Notes: generated by a model from the sequence alone, not told the origin. DNA of 64,000 nt from Bacteroidaceae bacterium (GCA_017546505.1 JAFYWV010000031.1:9871-73870), one strand, 5' to 3'; counted from the stretch's first letter, positions 26,144-36,792 are shown. Numbers and translations are program-made.

Positions 26144-27130
26144 GTGAAAAAGATTTTAAATTATACACTAAAAACAGCGCTGCCCATTCTGTTGGGTGCT
26201 TTCATCTTGTATATGGTGTACAATGATTTTGACTTTTCGCAACTTTGGAATGAGCTCAAGGATATGAACCTTGCGTGGTTTGCGCTGTCGGTTTTCTTTG
26301 GCATAATGGGGCACGTTATCAGGGGATGGCGTTGGAAACTTACACTTGCCCCTTTGGGTTACAATCCCTCGGCGGCCACTTGTGTAGACTCGGTTTATGT
26401 GGCATACGCCGCGAATCTGGTGTTGCCGCGTGTGGGTGAGGTGTCGCGCTGTGTTATTCTTGAGAGATATGAACACGTTCCTTTTGCGCACGCATTGGGA
26501 ACGTTGGTGATGGAGAGAATGATAGATACCTTGATGGTGCTGATTATCACATTGCTGGCTGTTGCTGTGCAGTGGCCGGTGTTCTGCGCATTCGTAGGTG
26601 AGACGGGGATGAAGATGCCCGGTGCCGAGATACTCTCAACGCCCAAAGGGGTGTTCGTGGCCCTGCTGTCGTTGGTGGCTATGTCGGTTTTGCTCTTTTT
26701 GCTGCTGCGCAGATTGTCGGTTTGGAAAAGAATAAAGTCTTTTGCTTCCCGTTTCATTGAGGGGCTTCTATCTTTGCGCAAAATGGATAACGGACGTCTG
26801 TTCCTGGCCGAGACTGTCGGTATATGGTTTTGCTATTTTATGCAGTTCTATCTCTGTTTCTACTGCTTTGGCTTCAGCAGCGGTTTGTCGGTGGCAACGG
26901 CATTGTTGCTGTTCGTCGGTGGCAGTATTGCAGTGATTGTGCCAACGCCTAACGGGGCAGGCCCCTGGCACTATGTCATAATAAGCATTATGTTGCTTTA
27001 TGGTGTTTCAACAACAGATGCCCAGGTTTTTGCGTTGATAGTACATAGCACCCAGACACTGCTTGTGGCCATATTGGGTTTATATGGAATTGCAGCGCTG
27101 CAGTTGAGACGTTTGAGAGTGAAAATGTAA
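26144..27130 (+). CDS. UPF0104 / lysylphosphatidylglycerol-synthase-TM-domain (flippase-like) membrane protein
   Basis: 328 aa with about 8 TM helices. HVIRGWRWKLTL and the PRVGEVSR loop are typical of the family. GTG start. Confidence 0.7.
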   Translation: MKKILNYTLKTALPILLGAFILYMVYNDFDFSQLWNELKDMNLAWFALSVFFGIMGHVIRGWRWKLTLAPLGYNPSAATCVDSVYVAYAANLVLPRVGEVSRCVILERYEHVPFAHALGTLVMERMIDTLMVLIITLLAVAVQWPVFCAFVGETGMKMPGAEILSTPKGVFVALLSLVAMSVLLFLLLRRLSVWKRIKSFASRFIEGLLSLRKMDNGRLFLAETVGIWFCYFMQFYLCFYCFGFSSGLSVATALLLFVGGSIAVIVPTPNGAGPWHYVIISIMLLYGVSTTDAQVFALIVHSTQTLLVAILGLYGIAALQLRRLRVKM

Positions 27131-27170
27131 ATATGTAAATATTGTATATATAATTAACCTTTAATAACTT

Positions 27171-28628
27171 ATGGCAATGACAATTAAAGATTTACAGCCA
27201 CGTGAGGTGTGGAAGCACTTCGAGGCGTTGACACAGGTGCCTCGCCCATCGGGACACCTTGAGAAAATCCAGAAATATCTGCTTGATTTTGGAAAGAGTA
27301 TAAATGTAGAGACCTGGCAGGATGAGGCCGGTAACATCATTATGCGCAAACCGGCTACTCCCGGTCTTGAGGGCCGCAAGGGTATTATCTTGCAGGCGCA
27401 TATGGATATGGTGCCACAGAAGACTCCCGACAGCAAGCACGATTTTGTAAACGACCCCATCACAACTGTGGTGAAGGGTGATTGGCTCTATGCCGACAAT
27501 ACAACTCTTGGTGCCGACAATGGCCTTGGTGTTGCTGCCATTATGGCAATTATGGAGGATGCATCGTTGCAGCACGGTCCGCTCGAGGCGCTTATTACAG
27601 CCGATGAAGAGACCGGTATGTATGGTGCTTTCGGCCTGAAAGGCGGTGAACTCGAGGGAGAGATTTTGTTGAACCTTGACTCAGAGGAAGAGGGCGTGCT
27701 CTACATCGGTTGTGCCGGTGGTCTTGATATTTCTGCGTCTATGGAGTTTATGGACGAGGAGAGTGATGATGCCGACGTTGCGGTGCGTGTGCAGCTCAAG
27801 GGCTTGCGTGGCGGTCACTCGGGTCTTGAAATCAATGCCGGCCGTGGTAATGCAAACAAGCTTATGGCACGTTTTGTGCGTGAGGCTATGGATGAACTTG
27901 CTGTGGTGCTTGCAAGCTGGAACGGTGGCAATATGCGTAATGCAATCCCCGCAAGTTGCGAGGTTGTGCTCACACTGCCCGAGGAGGCTATTGACGAACT
28001 CAAGGAGATTGCTGCAAAATACGAGGCTCTCTACAACAGTGAGTATGCAACAATAGAAGAGGGTATCACAATAACTGTTACCGAAACAGAGATGCCCGAG
28101 ACTGTTGTGCCGCAGGAGATTCAGGACAATCTTGTCGATGTTATCCTTGCTTGCCACGATGGTGTTCTGCGTTTCATCCCTACAATCCCCGATACTGTAG
28201 AGACATCGAGCAACCTCTCTATTGTGAAGATTGGCGAGGGCAAGGCCGAAATCAACATCCTTGCACGCAGCTCTTGCGATACAATGAAGGAGTTCCTTGC
28301 ATTGCAGCTCTCAAGTTGCTTTGCAATGGCCGGTATGAAGGTTGAACTCAGCGGCGGTTACAGTGGCTGGCAGCCCAACGTGAATTCGCCTCTGTTGGCT
28401 GCGTTGAAGAATGCATATAACGATATGTTCGGCAAGATGCCGGATGTTCGTGTCATCCACGCAGGTTTGGAGTGTGGTATAATCTCAACCAATTATCCAA
28501 AGATGGATATGGTTTCGTTTGGTCCGACTTTGATGTCGCCTCACTCTCCAACAGAGCGTGTGGAGATTCCTACTGTTGAGAAATTCTATTCACTTGTGAA
28601 GGCGCTTGTGGTGAATGGAGTTCTATAA
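27171..28628 (+). CDS. pepD: Aminoacyl-histidine dipeptidase (M20C)
   Basis: 485 aa with PRPSGH, LQAHMDMV, GADNGLGVA, ADEETGM and LMSPHSP motifs. Confidence 0.9.
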   Translation: MAMTIKDLQPREVWKHFEALTQVPRPSGHLEKIQKYLLDFGKSINVETWQDEAGNIIMRKPATPGLEGRKGIILQAHMDMVPQKTPDSKHDFVNDPITTVVKGDWLYADNTTLGADNGLGVAAIMAIMEDASLQHGPLEALITADEETGMYGAFGLKGGELEGEILLNLDSEEEGVLYIGCAGGLDISASMEFMDEESDDADVAVRVQLKGLRGGHSGLEINAGRGNANKLMARFVREAMDELAVVLASWNGGNMRNAIPASCEVVLTLPEEAIDELKEIAAKYEALYNSEYATIEEGITITVTETEMPETVVPQEIQDNLVDVILACHDGVLRFIPTIPDTVETSSNLSIVKIGEGKAEINILARSSCDTMKEFLALQLSSCFAMAGMKVELSGGYSGWQPNVNSPLLAALKNAYNDMFGKMPDVRVIHAGLECGIISTNYPKMDMVSFGPTLMSPHSPTERVEIPTVEKFYSLVKALVVNGVL

Positions 28629-28649
28629 TAATGCTTGATACATTATTCT

Positions 28650-28693
28650 TATACGTTAAAAAGCGCCCAAATTTGGGCGCTTTTTAACGTATA
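28650..28693. terminator. 44-bp perfect palindrome, likely a strong terminator after pepD
   Basis: TATACGTTAAAAAGCGCCCAAATTTGGGCGCTTTTTAACGTATA. The GC core gcgccc/gggcgc is flanked by an A-run and a T-run. Confidence 0.75.
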
Positions 28694-28790
28694 TGTGCTA
28701 AAATGTCGCTCATTTTTGATTATGCCAAACTTTTTTTCACTCTTATGGCTAAAAATAATGCAAAAAATGTTTTTTTTAATGAAAAAATAA

Positions 28791-28798
28791 TAAATTTG
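28791..28798 (+). promoter_or_regulatory. -7 box TAaaTTTG upstream of the DUF3332 gene
   Basis: aaTAAATTTGcg lies 62 nt upstream of the ATG at 28860. Confidence 0.4.
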
Positions 28799-28859
28799 CG
28801 AAGTCGGGCGATAGGGGAGAGGTACCATCGCTGATATTACTAACATAAATTATATAATT

Positions 28860-29402
28860 ATGAAAAAGACATTCAGACTTTCGGTTTTGTTGCTTTGTGC
28901 GACTATGTTGTTCTCTTCTTGTATCGGTTCTTTCCGCTTGACTAACAAAATCAAGGATTGGAATGAGGGACTTGCTAACAAATGGGTAAATGAACTTGTT
29001 TTCATAGCAATGCATATTGTTCCAGTTTATCAGATTTCTCAGTTTGTTGATATGGTTGTTCTTAACTCTATTGAGTTCTGGACCGGTAAATCTGCAATTG
29101 CAAATGTCGGTGAGAAGAAGATTGTCAAGAACAGCGAAGGACAGAACATTGAGATTACTGCAATGGAGAATGGTTACAACTTGACTGATGGTATCTCTTC
29201 AATGAATATTGTGTTTGACGAGGAGGCTCAGGTTTGGAGTGCCGAGTACAACAATCAGACAACAGAACTCATCAAGTTGGTTGACGAGAACAATGCGCAG
29301 TTGTTCCTTATGAACGGTGAAGTTATGGATGTGACTCTTGATGCAGAGGGTATCAATATGAGCCGTTTGTATATGAACAACAGCTTTGCTTTGAACAGAT
29401 AA
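28860..29402 (+). CDS. DUF3332 family lipoprotein
   Basis: 180 aa. Lipobox LFSSC, then GSFRLTNKIKDWN...PVYQISQFVDMVVLNSIEFWTG, characteristic of DUF3332. Confidence 0.65.
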   Translation: MKKTFRLSVLLLCATMLFSSCIGSFRLTNKIKDWNEGLANKWVNELVFIAMHIVPVYQISQFVDMVVLNSIEFWTGKSAIANVGEKKIVKNSEGQNIEITAMENGYNLTDGISSMNIVFDEEAQVWSAEYNNQTTELIKLVDENNAQLFLMNGEVMDVTLDAEGINMSRLYMNNSFALNR

Positions 29403-29436
29403 TAGTCTTTATATTTATTAATGATAATGACTGCCG

Positions 29437-29468
29437 GAGCCGCCTTTTTAGGCGGCTCTGTTGTTTTT
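29437..29468 (+). terminator. Intrinsic terminator after the DUF3332 gene
   Basis: Stem gagccgcc / ggcggctc, loop ttttta, followed by tgttgttttt. Confidence 0.6.
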
Positions 29469-29483
29469 ACCCATCTTATTTGT

Positions 29484-29491
29484 TATCTTCG
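29484..29491 (+). promoter_or_regulatory. -7 promoter box variant TAtcTTCG upstream of meaB
   Basis: tgtTATCTTCGca lies 23 nt upstream of the ATG at 29514. Confidence 0.35.
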
Positions 29492-29513
29492 CATTTGTTG
29501 AAATATCTTTTGT

Positions 29514-30626
29514 ATGGAACATCCCGAAAATAGTGAGGTATATAAGGGCTTGAAGGTAAATGACGGTGTAGAGGCTATGGGTACTATAAACCCCTATCTC
29601 TCGACAATGCGGCGCAAAAGGGCGGCGCAATTGTCGGTGAACGATTATGTGGATGGTATCTTGCGAGGTGATGTTACAGTGCTTAGTCGTGCTGTAACTT
29701 TGCTTGAAAGTCTGTTACCCGAACATCAGGCTATGGCTCAGGAGGTGGTTGAGAGGTGTCTGCCACACTCGGGCAAGTCGTTGCGTGTGGGTATAACAGG
29801 TGTTCCGGGCGCAGGAAAAAGTACCTCTATAGATGCCTTCGGTATGTATCTGCTTTCCAATAGTGATGCGAAATTGGCAGTGCTTGCTGTTGACCCCAGC
29901 AGTGAACGCAGCAAGGGTAGTATATTGGGTGACAAGACACGAATGGAGCGTTTGTCGTCGCATCCGCGTGCTTTCATTCGTCCAAGTGCTTCGGCCGGCT
30001 CACTCGGAGGCGTGGCGCGCAAGACACGCGAAGCAATAATTCTGTGCGAGGCTGCCGGTTATGATAATATCTTTGTTGAGACTGTTGGAGTGGGACAGAG
30101 CGAAACTGCTGTATATTCGATGGTGGATTTCTTTCTGCTCATACAGATTGCCGGTGCCGGTGATGAACTGCAGGGCATAAAGCGTGGCATAATGGAGATG
30201 GCTGATGGTATTGTTGTCAACAAGGCCGACGGTGATAATGTGGAGGAGGCGCGTCGTGCGGCGGTGCATTACAAGAATGCCCTACAACTGTTCCCTTTGC
30301 CTGCAAGCGGCTTGCGTCCCGAGGTGCAGACCTACTCCGGATTCTATGACTTGAACATCGACAGGGTGTGGGCAATGATTGATGATTATATTGTCAAGGT
30401 GAAGGCTAATGGTTTTTTTGATGAACGTCGTCTCTCACAGCAGCGCTATTGGATGTACGAGGCCATTGATGAGCAACTGAAAGCAAATTTCTATAATACC
30501 GACGGGGTGCACGAATATCTTTCCCGTTATGAACAGTTGCTGCTTCAAGGCAAGATAACGTCGTTTGCGGCTGCTAATAAAGTGCTTGAGTTTTATGACA
30601 AAGAGAGAGGTGTCAATGTTGGATAA
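29514..30626 (+). CDS. meaB: Methylmalonyl-CoA mutase-associated G3E GTPase (ArgK/MeaB)
   Basis: 370 aa with P-loop GVPGAGKST, DPSS..SKGSILGD, ETVGVGQSE and NKAD motifs. Confidence 0.9.
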   Translation: MEHPENSEVYKGLKVNDGVEAMGTINPYLSTMRRKRAAQLSVNDYVDGILRGDVTVLSRAVTLLESLLPEHQAMAQEVVERCLPHSGKSLRVGITGVPGAGKSTSIDAFGMYLLSNSDAKLAVLAVDPSSERSKGSILGDKTRMERLSSHPRAFIRPSASAGSLGGVARKTREAIILCEAAGYDNIFVETVGVGQSETAVYSMVDFFLLIQIAGAGDELQGIKRGIMEMADGIVVNKADGDNVEEARRAAVHYKNALQLFPLPASGLRPEVQTYSGFYDLNIDRVWAMIDDYIVKVKANGFFDERRLSQQRYWMYEAIDEQLKANFYNTDGVHEYLSRYEQLLLQGKITSFAAANKVLEFYDKERGVNVG

Positions 30627-31149
30627 AAAAACGTTGCGACGCGTTGTACGCGAGAAAATTGCAGGGATTGATTTTGCAACGGCCCGGGTGCGCTCCTCGC
30701 TGATGTGTGAGGAGTTGAAAAGGCTTTTTGCTGTGAGTGGTGCCAAGGTGGTTGCGCTGTTTTCTCCTCTGGGCGATGAACCGCAGTTGTGTCCATTAGT
30801 GGAACAACTCTCGGCCTCGCTCTCTGTGGTGCTGCCGCGTGTTGAGGGTGATGTTATGAATTTTTATCGTTACGACAAGGAGGCTATGGCTACAGGCTCT
30901 TATGGCATCAACGAACCGCAGTGGGGGTGTCTTGTAACGGCAAGCGAAATAGATGTTATGGTTATTCCGGGTGTGGCCTTTACAAAAGAGGGGGTTCGTA
31001 TGGGGCGTGGAAAGGGCTTTTATGACAGGTATCTTTCGCAAGACGGCTTCTCGGCACTGAAGATAGGGGTGTGCTACCGGGAGCAGCTGGTGGATGAAAT
31101 ACCTGCAGAACCCCACGATGTGAAGATGGATGTTGTAATATACAGATAA
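30616..31149 (+). CDS. 5-formyltetrahydrofolate cyclo-ligase
   Basis: The ATG at 30616 gives MLDKKTLRR and overlaps the meaB end by 11 nt. The GRGKGFYDRYL motif is present. The track start at 30565 is an extension. Confidence 0.85.
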   Translation: MLDKKTLRRVVREKIAGIDFATARVRSSLMCEELKRLFAVSGAKVVALFSPLGDEPQLCPLVEQLSASLSVVLPRVEGDVMNFYRYDKEAMATGSYGINEPQWGCLVTASEIDVMVIPGVAFTKEGVRMGRGKGFYDRYLSQDGFSALKIGVCYREQLVDEIPAEPHDVKMDVVIYR

Positions 31150-31178
31150 TGGAGAGCCACAGCTCTCCATTATCTGTA
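31141..31178. terminator. Bidirectional terminator between convergent 5-FCL and pfkA genes
   Basis: 17-bp perfect stem tacagataatggagagc / gctctccattatctgta with loop caca. It overlaps the 5-FCL stop codon. Confidence 0.65.
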
Positions 31179-31195
31179 TATTGCGCTCTTTGCAA

Positions 31196-32182
31196 TTAAG
31201 ATGCAAGAATCTCTTGTGCTCGTATGGTGTCCCTGTCGATGGGTTTGTCGTCCTTGATTGCTTTTGTGAATGGGATGTAGACAATCTCATTGTTCCTCAA
31301 GCCTACCATTACATTGCGCTGGCCTTCAAGCAGTGCGTCCACGGCTGCAACACCCAGACGGCTTGCAAGGATGCGGTCGTTGGCTGTTGGGCTTCCACCG
31401 CGCTGCAGATAGCCGAGGATTGATACGCGTACGTCAAGCTCGGGGAAACGCTGTCGCATTCCTTCGGCAACTTCCATAATATTGTAGTCTTTTTCACGGC
31501 CTTCGGCAAAGAGCACAATGCTACTGCTCTTTGTGCGGCGCAGACCGTTGGCGATGAACTGGTTTATCTTTTCGAACTCGGGGTCGACCTCGGGCAACAC
31601 ACACGCCTCGGCTCCTGTTGCTATTGTACCGTTAAGGGCAAGGAAACCGGCATCGCGTCCCATAACCTCTACGATGAACAGGCGTTCGTGTGATGATGCT
31701 GTATCGCGTATCTTGTCGACGCACTCCATAATGGTGTTGAGCGCTGTGTCGTAACCGATTGTTGTGTCTGTTCCGTAAAGGTCGTTGTCAATAGTACCGG
31801 GAAGGGCAATGCAAGGAATGTCGAACTCGCGTGCAAGGTTGTATGCACCTGTGATAGAACCGTCGCCACCAATGACAACAAGGGCGTTGATACCCTCTTT
31901 CTGCAAGGTTTCGTATGCCTTTGCACGTCCCTCTTCGGTCTTGAACTCGTCGCAACGGCTTGTCTTCAGGATTGTACCTCCTCGTTGGATGATGTTACTT
32001 ACGTTTTCGGTCTTGAACTCTTTAATTTCACCGGTTATCAGTCCTTTGTAGCCACGGTAGATGGCTTTGACTTTGATGCCGTGGTATATGCAGGCACGTG
32101 TGACGGCGCGGATTGCTGCATTCATTCCAGGTGCGTCTCCTCCCGATGTCAAGATGCCAACGCATTGAATTTTGTTTTTCAT
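31196..32182 (-). CDS. pfkA: ATP-dependent 6-phosphofructokinase
   Basis: 328 aa with [31 protein letters not shown] and MGR motifs. Confidence 0.93.
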   Translation of the reverse strand: MKNKIQCVGILTSGGDAPGMNAAIRAVTRACIYHGIKVKAIYRGYKGLITGEIKEFKTENVSNIIQRGGTILKTSRCDEFKTEEGRAKAYETLQKEGINALVVIGGDGSITGAYNLAREFDIPCIALPGTIDNDLYGTDTTIGYDTALNTIMECVDKIRDTASSHERLFIVEVMGRDAGFLALNGTIATGAEACVLPEVDPEFEKINQFIANGLRRTKSSSIVLFAEGREKDYNIMEVAEGMRQRFPELDVRVSILGYLQRGGSPTANDRILASRLGVAAVDALLEGQRNVMVGLRNNEIVYIPFTKAIKDDKPIDRDTIRAQEILAS

Positions 32183-32183
32183 A

Positions 32184-33053
32184 TTATTTGTTGTTATAGT
32201 TGATTATAGCTTGTCTGCAATTTTCCATCAGCCATTTGGGGGTTGATGTTGCACCGCAAATGCCTATAGACTTCACTCCTTTGGTGATGCTGAGGTCAAT
32301 GTCATCGGGGCTTTCTATCTGATAGGAGTTGGGGTTCATCTTTTTGCACTCGTCAAAGAGTATTCGTCCGTTAGAACTTTTTTTGCCACAAACAAAGAGT
32401 ATGAGTTCGTGCGACTGTGCAAATTTGCCTATGCCGTCAAGACGGTTGGCTACCTGTCCGCATACGGTGTTGAATGACTCGCACTGCTTGTCGGGGTTTA
32501 TATGTTTCTTTATTTCGCTAACAACTTGTTTGTAGCCTTCGAGTGATTTTGTCGTTTGGGAATAGATATATGTATCCTTTTCCTTTGCCAACTGGCTTAT
32601 TTGTGAACTTTTTTCAATGACTGTGGCTGTGCCGTGAGTCTGTCCGACAAGGCCAAGAACCTCGGCGTGTCCTGATTGGCCGTAGATGATTATCTGGCTG
32701 TTGTCATCGCTCGTCTCCTGCCACTTCTTTTTTATACGTTGCTGTAGTTTAAGCACAACAGGGCAGGTGGCATCAATTATCTCGAGGTTGTTCTTCTGGG
32801 CAATCTCGTATGTTGTCGGTGGCTCTCCGTGTGCTCTGAAGAGCACTTTTGCATTGTGTAACTTGCAGAACTCCTCATAGTTTATGGTTATTAGTCCCAG
32901 TTTTTCGAGTCTGTCACACTCTATGCGGTTGTGCACAATGTCTCCAAGGCAATAGAGTTTCTCGCCTTTTTGCAGTTCCTCTTCGGCCTTTTTGATAGCT
33001 GTCGTTACGCCGAAACAGAACCCTGAGTGTTCGTCAATCTCAATGTTGAGCAT
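32184..33053 (-). CDS. ispH: 4-hydroxy-3-methylbut-2-enyl diphosphate reductase
   Basis: 289 aa with GFCFGV, IVHN, DATCP and NTVC motifs (the three Fe-S cysteines). Confidence 0.95.
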   Translation of the reverse strand: MLNIEIDEHSGFCFGVTTAIKKAEEELQKGEKLYCLGDIVHNRIECDRLEKLGLITINYEEFCKLHNAKVLFRAHGEPPTTYEIAQKNNLEIIDATCPVVLKLQQRIKKKWQETSDDNSQIIIYGQSGHAEVLGLVGQTHGTATVIEKSSQISQLAKEKDTYIYSQTTKSLEGYKQVVSEIKKHINPDKQCESFNTVCGQVANRLDGIGKFAQSHELILFVCGKKSSNGRILFDECKKMNPNSYQIESPDDIDLSITKGVKSIGICGATSTPKWLMENCRQAIINYNNK

Positions 33054-33739
33054 TACTTTGTAATATTATTGAATTTTTCAATGAGCCATTCCATCTGTTC
33101 TTCACGTGTCATATTGCTGTTGTCGAGCAACAGGGCGTCGTCGGCCTGCCTCAAGGGGCTGACTTCTCGCGTCTGGTCAATGTGGTCGCGCTGGAGTACG
33201 TTGTCAAGGATTTCCTGGAAGTCGGCGTTGTCGCCACGGGCTGTGAGTTCGTCGTAGCGACGCTGGGCGCGTACCTGTGCCGATGCTGTGACAAAAATTT
33301 TCATTTCGGCATTTGGGAATACTGTTGTACCAATGTCGCGGCCATCCATAACAATACCTTTCTTTTCTCCCATTGCGCGTTGCTGCTCAATCATCTCGCT
33401 ACGTACAAAGTCGAGTGCTGCAACCTGGCTGACAATCTGCGACACTTCGAGTGAGCGTATCTCGTGTTCAACGTTCACGCCGTTCAAGAATGTCAGTGAG
33501 TTTCTCGTTTCAGGGTCGGCCTCAAAGGTGATGTGTATATCCTTCATTCTGCTGTGCAGCGTCTCGGTGTCAATCTTCTTGTCGCTGATGAGACCGTTCT
33601 GCATACAGTAGAGTGCTACGGCGCGGTACATTGCACCGCTGTCAAAGTATAGATAGCCGATATTTCGTGCAAGGGCTTTTGCCATCGTGCTTTTGCCGCA
33701 CGATGAGAAGCCGTCGATTGCTATGATTATTTTTTTCAT
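33053..33739 (-). CDS. cmk: (d)CMP kinase
   Basis: 228 aa with [21 protein letters not shown] and DGRDIGT motifs. Its stop overlaps the ispH start by 1 nt. Confidence 0.95.
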   Translation of the reverse strand: MKKIIIAIDGFSSCGKSTMAKALARNIGYLYFDSGAMYRAVALYCMQNGLISDKKIDTETLHSRMKDIHITFEADPETRNSLTFLNGVNVEHEIRSLEVSQIVSQVAALDFVRSEMIEQQRAMGEKKGIVMDGRDIGTTVFPNAEMKIFVTASAQVRAQRRYDELTARGDNADFQEILDNVLQRDHIDQTREVSPLRQADDALLLDNSNMTREEQMEWLIEKFNNITK

Positions 33740-33757
33740 TGTTTGTCGTGTGTTTTA

Positions 33758-34732
33758 TCAGATTGAGTAGGCTATATTAAAGAGGAGTGAAGATGATGAT
33801 ACGTGCAGTTTGCTGAATGAGGCACCGAACTTCACCTTCTTTATATGCAGGCCGGCTCCGAGGCTGAGTCCTGTGAGCCCCTTGTCGGTAGAGAGCTCTC
33901 GGCTTATTCTATAGTTATAACCTACTGAGGCATAGAAATTCTTGCCAATAAGGATGTCTGCTCCCAAAACTATATGCTTGAGAAGCAATTTTCCGAAATT
34001 GTCTTTGCTACCATCGGCATTGTAAAAACTGGTCGACTTCCATCGGAGCAGGTCGACAAGGGTTGCCGAGATGTATATAGGAGCGTGAGAGAGTCGCTTG
34101 GTAAAACCAAGTTGTATGTCTATAGGCATCAACTCGTGCTTGTCCTCAAATGCCTTAACCTGTCCACCGAGGTTCTTGAATACCAGTGACGCCGAGAATT
34201 CAGAGTCGGGGTTGTAGTAGTTCAGACCGAGGTCGACACCAATGGCAAGTGAGTTGAGTGTGCCGTATTGTGAATATACGAACTTGCCCGATGCACCGCC
34301 ACTCCAATGTTCGCCAAGCAGGTAGCAGTACATAAGGTCCAACTCAAAGTCCATAGCACGGAATGTTCCGGTGAAGATGTTGTCCTGGGTGTATCCGTCA
34401 AACATTCCATAGTCGACATATCGTGCGGCAACTGCTCCGGCCGAACGCTTCCCGAAACTCTTGTTGAAAGCCGCTCCTGCAATCTTGCTGCCACTCATAT
34501 ATGTCATAAAAGAGAGGTCGATGGTCTTGTCCGATACGTTGATGAGCAAAGCCGGGTTGTGCATTGACATTGAAAGGTCGTCATCGGTGATTGAAATGTT
34601 GTAGCCTCCTAATCCGGCTGCACGTGACGAATAGGGCAATCTTAAAAAATTGAATGCACTCTCTCCGCCTTGCGCCTTTATCGTCAAGGGGAAAAGCAAC
34701 AGTATTATGATTATGGATTTTATTGTCTTCAC
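33758..34732 (-). CDS. porQ: T9SS outer-membrane beta-barrel protein PorQ
   Basis: 324 aa with a signal peptide. N-terminus GGESAFNFLRLPYSSRAAGLGG. Barrel-like alternating pattern, ending in an aromatic C-terminus. It sits immediately upstream of cmk. Confidence 0.65.
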   Translation of the reverse strand: MKTIKSIIIILLLFPLTIKAQGGESAFNFLRLPYSSRAAGLGGYNISITDDDLSMSMHNPALLINVSDKTIDLSFMTYMSGSKIAGAAFNKSFGKRSAGAVAARYVDYGMFDGYTQDNIFTGTFRAMDFELDLMYCYLLGEHWSGGASGKFVYSQYGTLNSLAIGVDLGLNYYNPDSEFSASLVFKNLGGQVKAFEDKHELMPIDIQLGFTKRLSHAPIYISATLVDLLRWKSTSFYNADGSKDNFGKLLLKHIVLGADILIGKNFYASVGYNYRISRELSTDKGLTGLSLGAGLHIKKVKFGASFSKLHVSSSSLLFNIAYSI

Positions 34733-34778
34733 TTGTTTACTGTCTTTAAATGGTTTTCTATAATTGGTATTTTGTTTG

Positions 34779-34786
34779 CGAAGATA
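34779..34786 (-). promoter_or_regulatory. -7 promoter box variant TAtcTTCG upstream of porQ
   Basis: The minus strand reads catTATCTTCGcaaac, 47 nt upstream of the ATG at 34732. Confidence 0.35.
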
Positions 34787-34944
34787 ATGATTTTTTTTAT
34801 CTTTTCCTGTAGCAAGCCTGTAAAATCCCTTTTATATATTTAAATATTGTGAAGATTTGTGCGCAGTTTGGTGCCGGTTATTGGAAAATTGTATTAAAAA
34901 TAAAAAAAAGATGAAATAAGTCGTGTGTATTGAAAAATATTGTT

Positions 34945-34952
34945 TATTTTTG
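34945..34952 (+). promoter_or_regulatory. -7 box TAttTTTG upstream of the TonB-family gene
   Basis: gttTATTTTTGtc lies 44 nt upstream of the ATG at 34996. Confidence 0.4.
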
Positions 34953-34995
34953 TCGGTTAGAAAGTGTAACCTTAGCAAATATAACAAATACGATA

Positions 34996-35736
34996 ATGGA
35001 CAAAGGAAAAAATCAAGATTTTAAAGGCGCTGAATTGCTCGAAGTAAAGAAGAGCACTAAGGCTAATTTGGAGCAGAACCGTACAACCTGGTTATTGTTG
35101 GGTTTTGTGTTTGCTCTTGCTACGCTGTTTGCAGGTCTTGAGCTTACAGCATTCCAGGATGAAGAGGAGCAACCCGCTCCAAAGAGTAAGTCAAAGGACG
35201 ACATCGTTGTTGTGATGGAGGAAATTCCGCCATTGGTAATTGAAAAGAAGGTTATACCTCCCCCACCACAGGCAAAGAAGATTGTCGACGTTATTAAGGT
35301 TGTTGAGGACGAGGTGGAAATCGACGAGCAGGAGCTTGTATCGGTTCAGGATATGAGCGAGTATGCCGACGTTGAGGATACCGAGGTGATCTACGTGGAG
35401 CCCGAGGTTGAAGAGGAGCAGATTTTTGACGTAGTTGAGGAGCAGCCAGAGTTCCCCGGCGGTATGAAGGAGTTGATGAAGTATTTCAAGGACAATATCA
35501 AGTATCCGCGTGTGTCACGTGACAACAACTCGCAGGGTAAGACATTTGTGAAGTTTACCGTGAATACCGACGGTTCTATCCAGGATACAGAGGTTATCCG
35601 CTCTTCGGGTGACATCTACCTTGACAAGGAGGCTATCCGCGTTATCGAGGCGATGCCAAAGTGGAAGCCCGGTCGTCAGTTGGGTAAGGCTGTGCGTGTG
35701 AAATTTGTATTGCCGGTTAACTTCCGTTTGCAGTAA
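34996..35736 (+). CDS. Energy transducer TonB family protein
   Basis: The ATG at 34996 gives MDKGKNQ. It has one TM helix, an acidic/Pro linker (PPPPQAKK) and a C-terminal TonB domain EEQPEFPGGMKELMKYF...GKAVRVKFVLPVNF. Confidence 0.8.
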   Translation: MDKGKNQDFKGAELLEVKKSTKANLEQNRTTWLLLGFVFALATLFAGLELTAFQDEEEQPAPKSKSKDDIVVVMEEIPPLVIEKKVIPPPPQAKKIVDVIKVVEDEVEIDEQELVSVQDMSEYADVEDTEVIYVEPEVEEEQIFDVVEEQPEFPGGMKELMKYFKDNIKYPRVSRDNNSQGKTFVKFTVNTDGSIQDTEVIRSSGDIYLDKEAIRVIEAMPKWKPGRQLGKAVRVKFVLPVNFRLQ

Positions 35737-35752
35737 AATTTGATAACAATAT

Positions 35753-35787
35753 AAAAAAAGAGGCTGCGCGATGCAGCCTCTTTTTTT
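35753..35787. terminator. Intrinsic terminator after the TonB-family gene
   Basis: Stem gaggctgc / gcagcctc is flanked by an A7 run and a T7 run. Confidence 0.7.
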
Positions 35788-35792
35788 AATAA

Positions 35793-36779
35793 ATGGAAAA
35801 CAATATGTATACTTGGGACGATTTAAGGAATATTGTAAATGAGTTTATAGACAAACTTGAGTTTGAACGTGAACCACGAGAACTGTATGCCCCGGTACGT
35901 TACACCCTGGAGCAGGGTGGCAAACGTGTGCGCCCGGTGTTGTTCCTCTTGGCCTATAATATGTATAAGGAGTGTGTGCGTGAGGCACTATATCCGGCAG
36001 TGGCGGTGGAGACATATCACAACTATACGCTTATACACGACGATGTTATGGACAGGGCGTTGATACGCCGTGGAAAGCCAACCGTTTGTGCAAAGTGGGG
36101 CGATACGGCTGCGATACTTTCGGGCGATACTATGTTTGTACTTGCATACGAGTTCCTTTCAAAAGTTCCAGCAGATAAGTTGCCGGCAATGCTGGCTCTG
36201 TTTACAGAGACAGCAAAGGAGATTGGCGACGGACAGCAGTATGACCTTGACTTTGAGAAACGTGACAATGTCGCCGAGGAGGAGTATATGGAGATGATAC
36301 GTCTCAAAACCTCTGTACTTCTTGCTGCTTCTCTCAAATTGGGCGCCATATTGGCCGGTGCAAGTGAGGAGGACCAAAACAATCTCTACAAGTATGGCGA
36401 GACAATAGGTTTGGCTTTCCAGTTGCAGGACGACCTTCTTGATGTATATGCCGACGAGAAACTTTTCGGAAAGAAAATCGGTGGTGATATCTGTTGCAAC
36501 AAGAAGACTTTCCTTCTGATAACAGCAATGAACCTGGCTTCGCCGGCACAGCTTGCCGAGATAAAGGCGTGGATGGAAAAGGAGAATTACGATGCTCAAG
36601 AGAAAATCGCGTGGTTCACTGCACTGTACAATGAACTTGGGGTTAGGGAGGTTTGTGAAATGCGCATACGTGAACTTTTTGCAAAATGTGATGCGTATAT
36701 CAATGCAATATCCGTAGCCGAAGATAAAAAGAGTGCGCTCAAGGATTTTGCCAATACGATATTGAACCGTAACCTTTAA
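35793..36779 (+). CDS. Polyprenyl diphosphate synthase (trans-IPPS family)
   Basis: 328 aa. First DDxxD is IHDDVMD and second is LQDDLLD, plus GKPT and GDG motifs. Confidence 0.85.
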   Translation: MENNMYTWDDLRNIVNEFIDKLEFEREPRELYAPVRYTLEQGGKRVRPVLFLLAYNMYKECVREALYPAVAVETYHNYTLIHDDVMDRALIRRGKPTVCAKWGDTAAILSGDTMFVLAYEFLSKVPADKLPAMLALFTETAKEIGDGQQYDLDFEKRDNVAEEEYMEMIRLKTSVLLAASLKLGAILAGASEEDQNNLYKYGETIGLAFQLQDDLLDVYADEKLFGKKIGGDICCNKKTFLLITAMNLASPAQLAEIKAWMEKENYDAQEKIAWFTALYNELGVREVCEMRIRELFAKCDAYINAISVAEDKKSALKDFANTILNRNL

Positions 36780-36792
36780 TAAAAAGAGAAGG

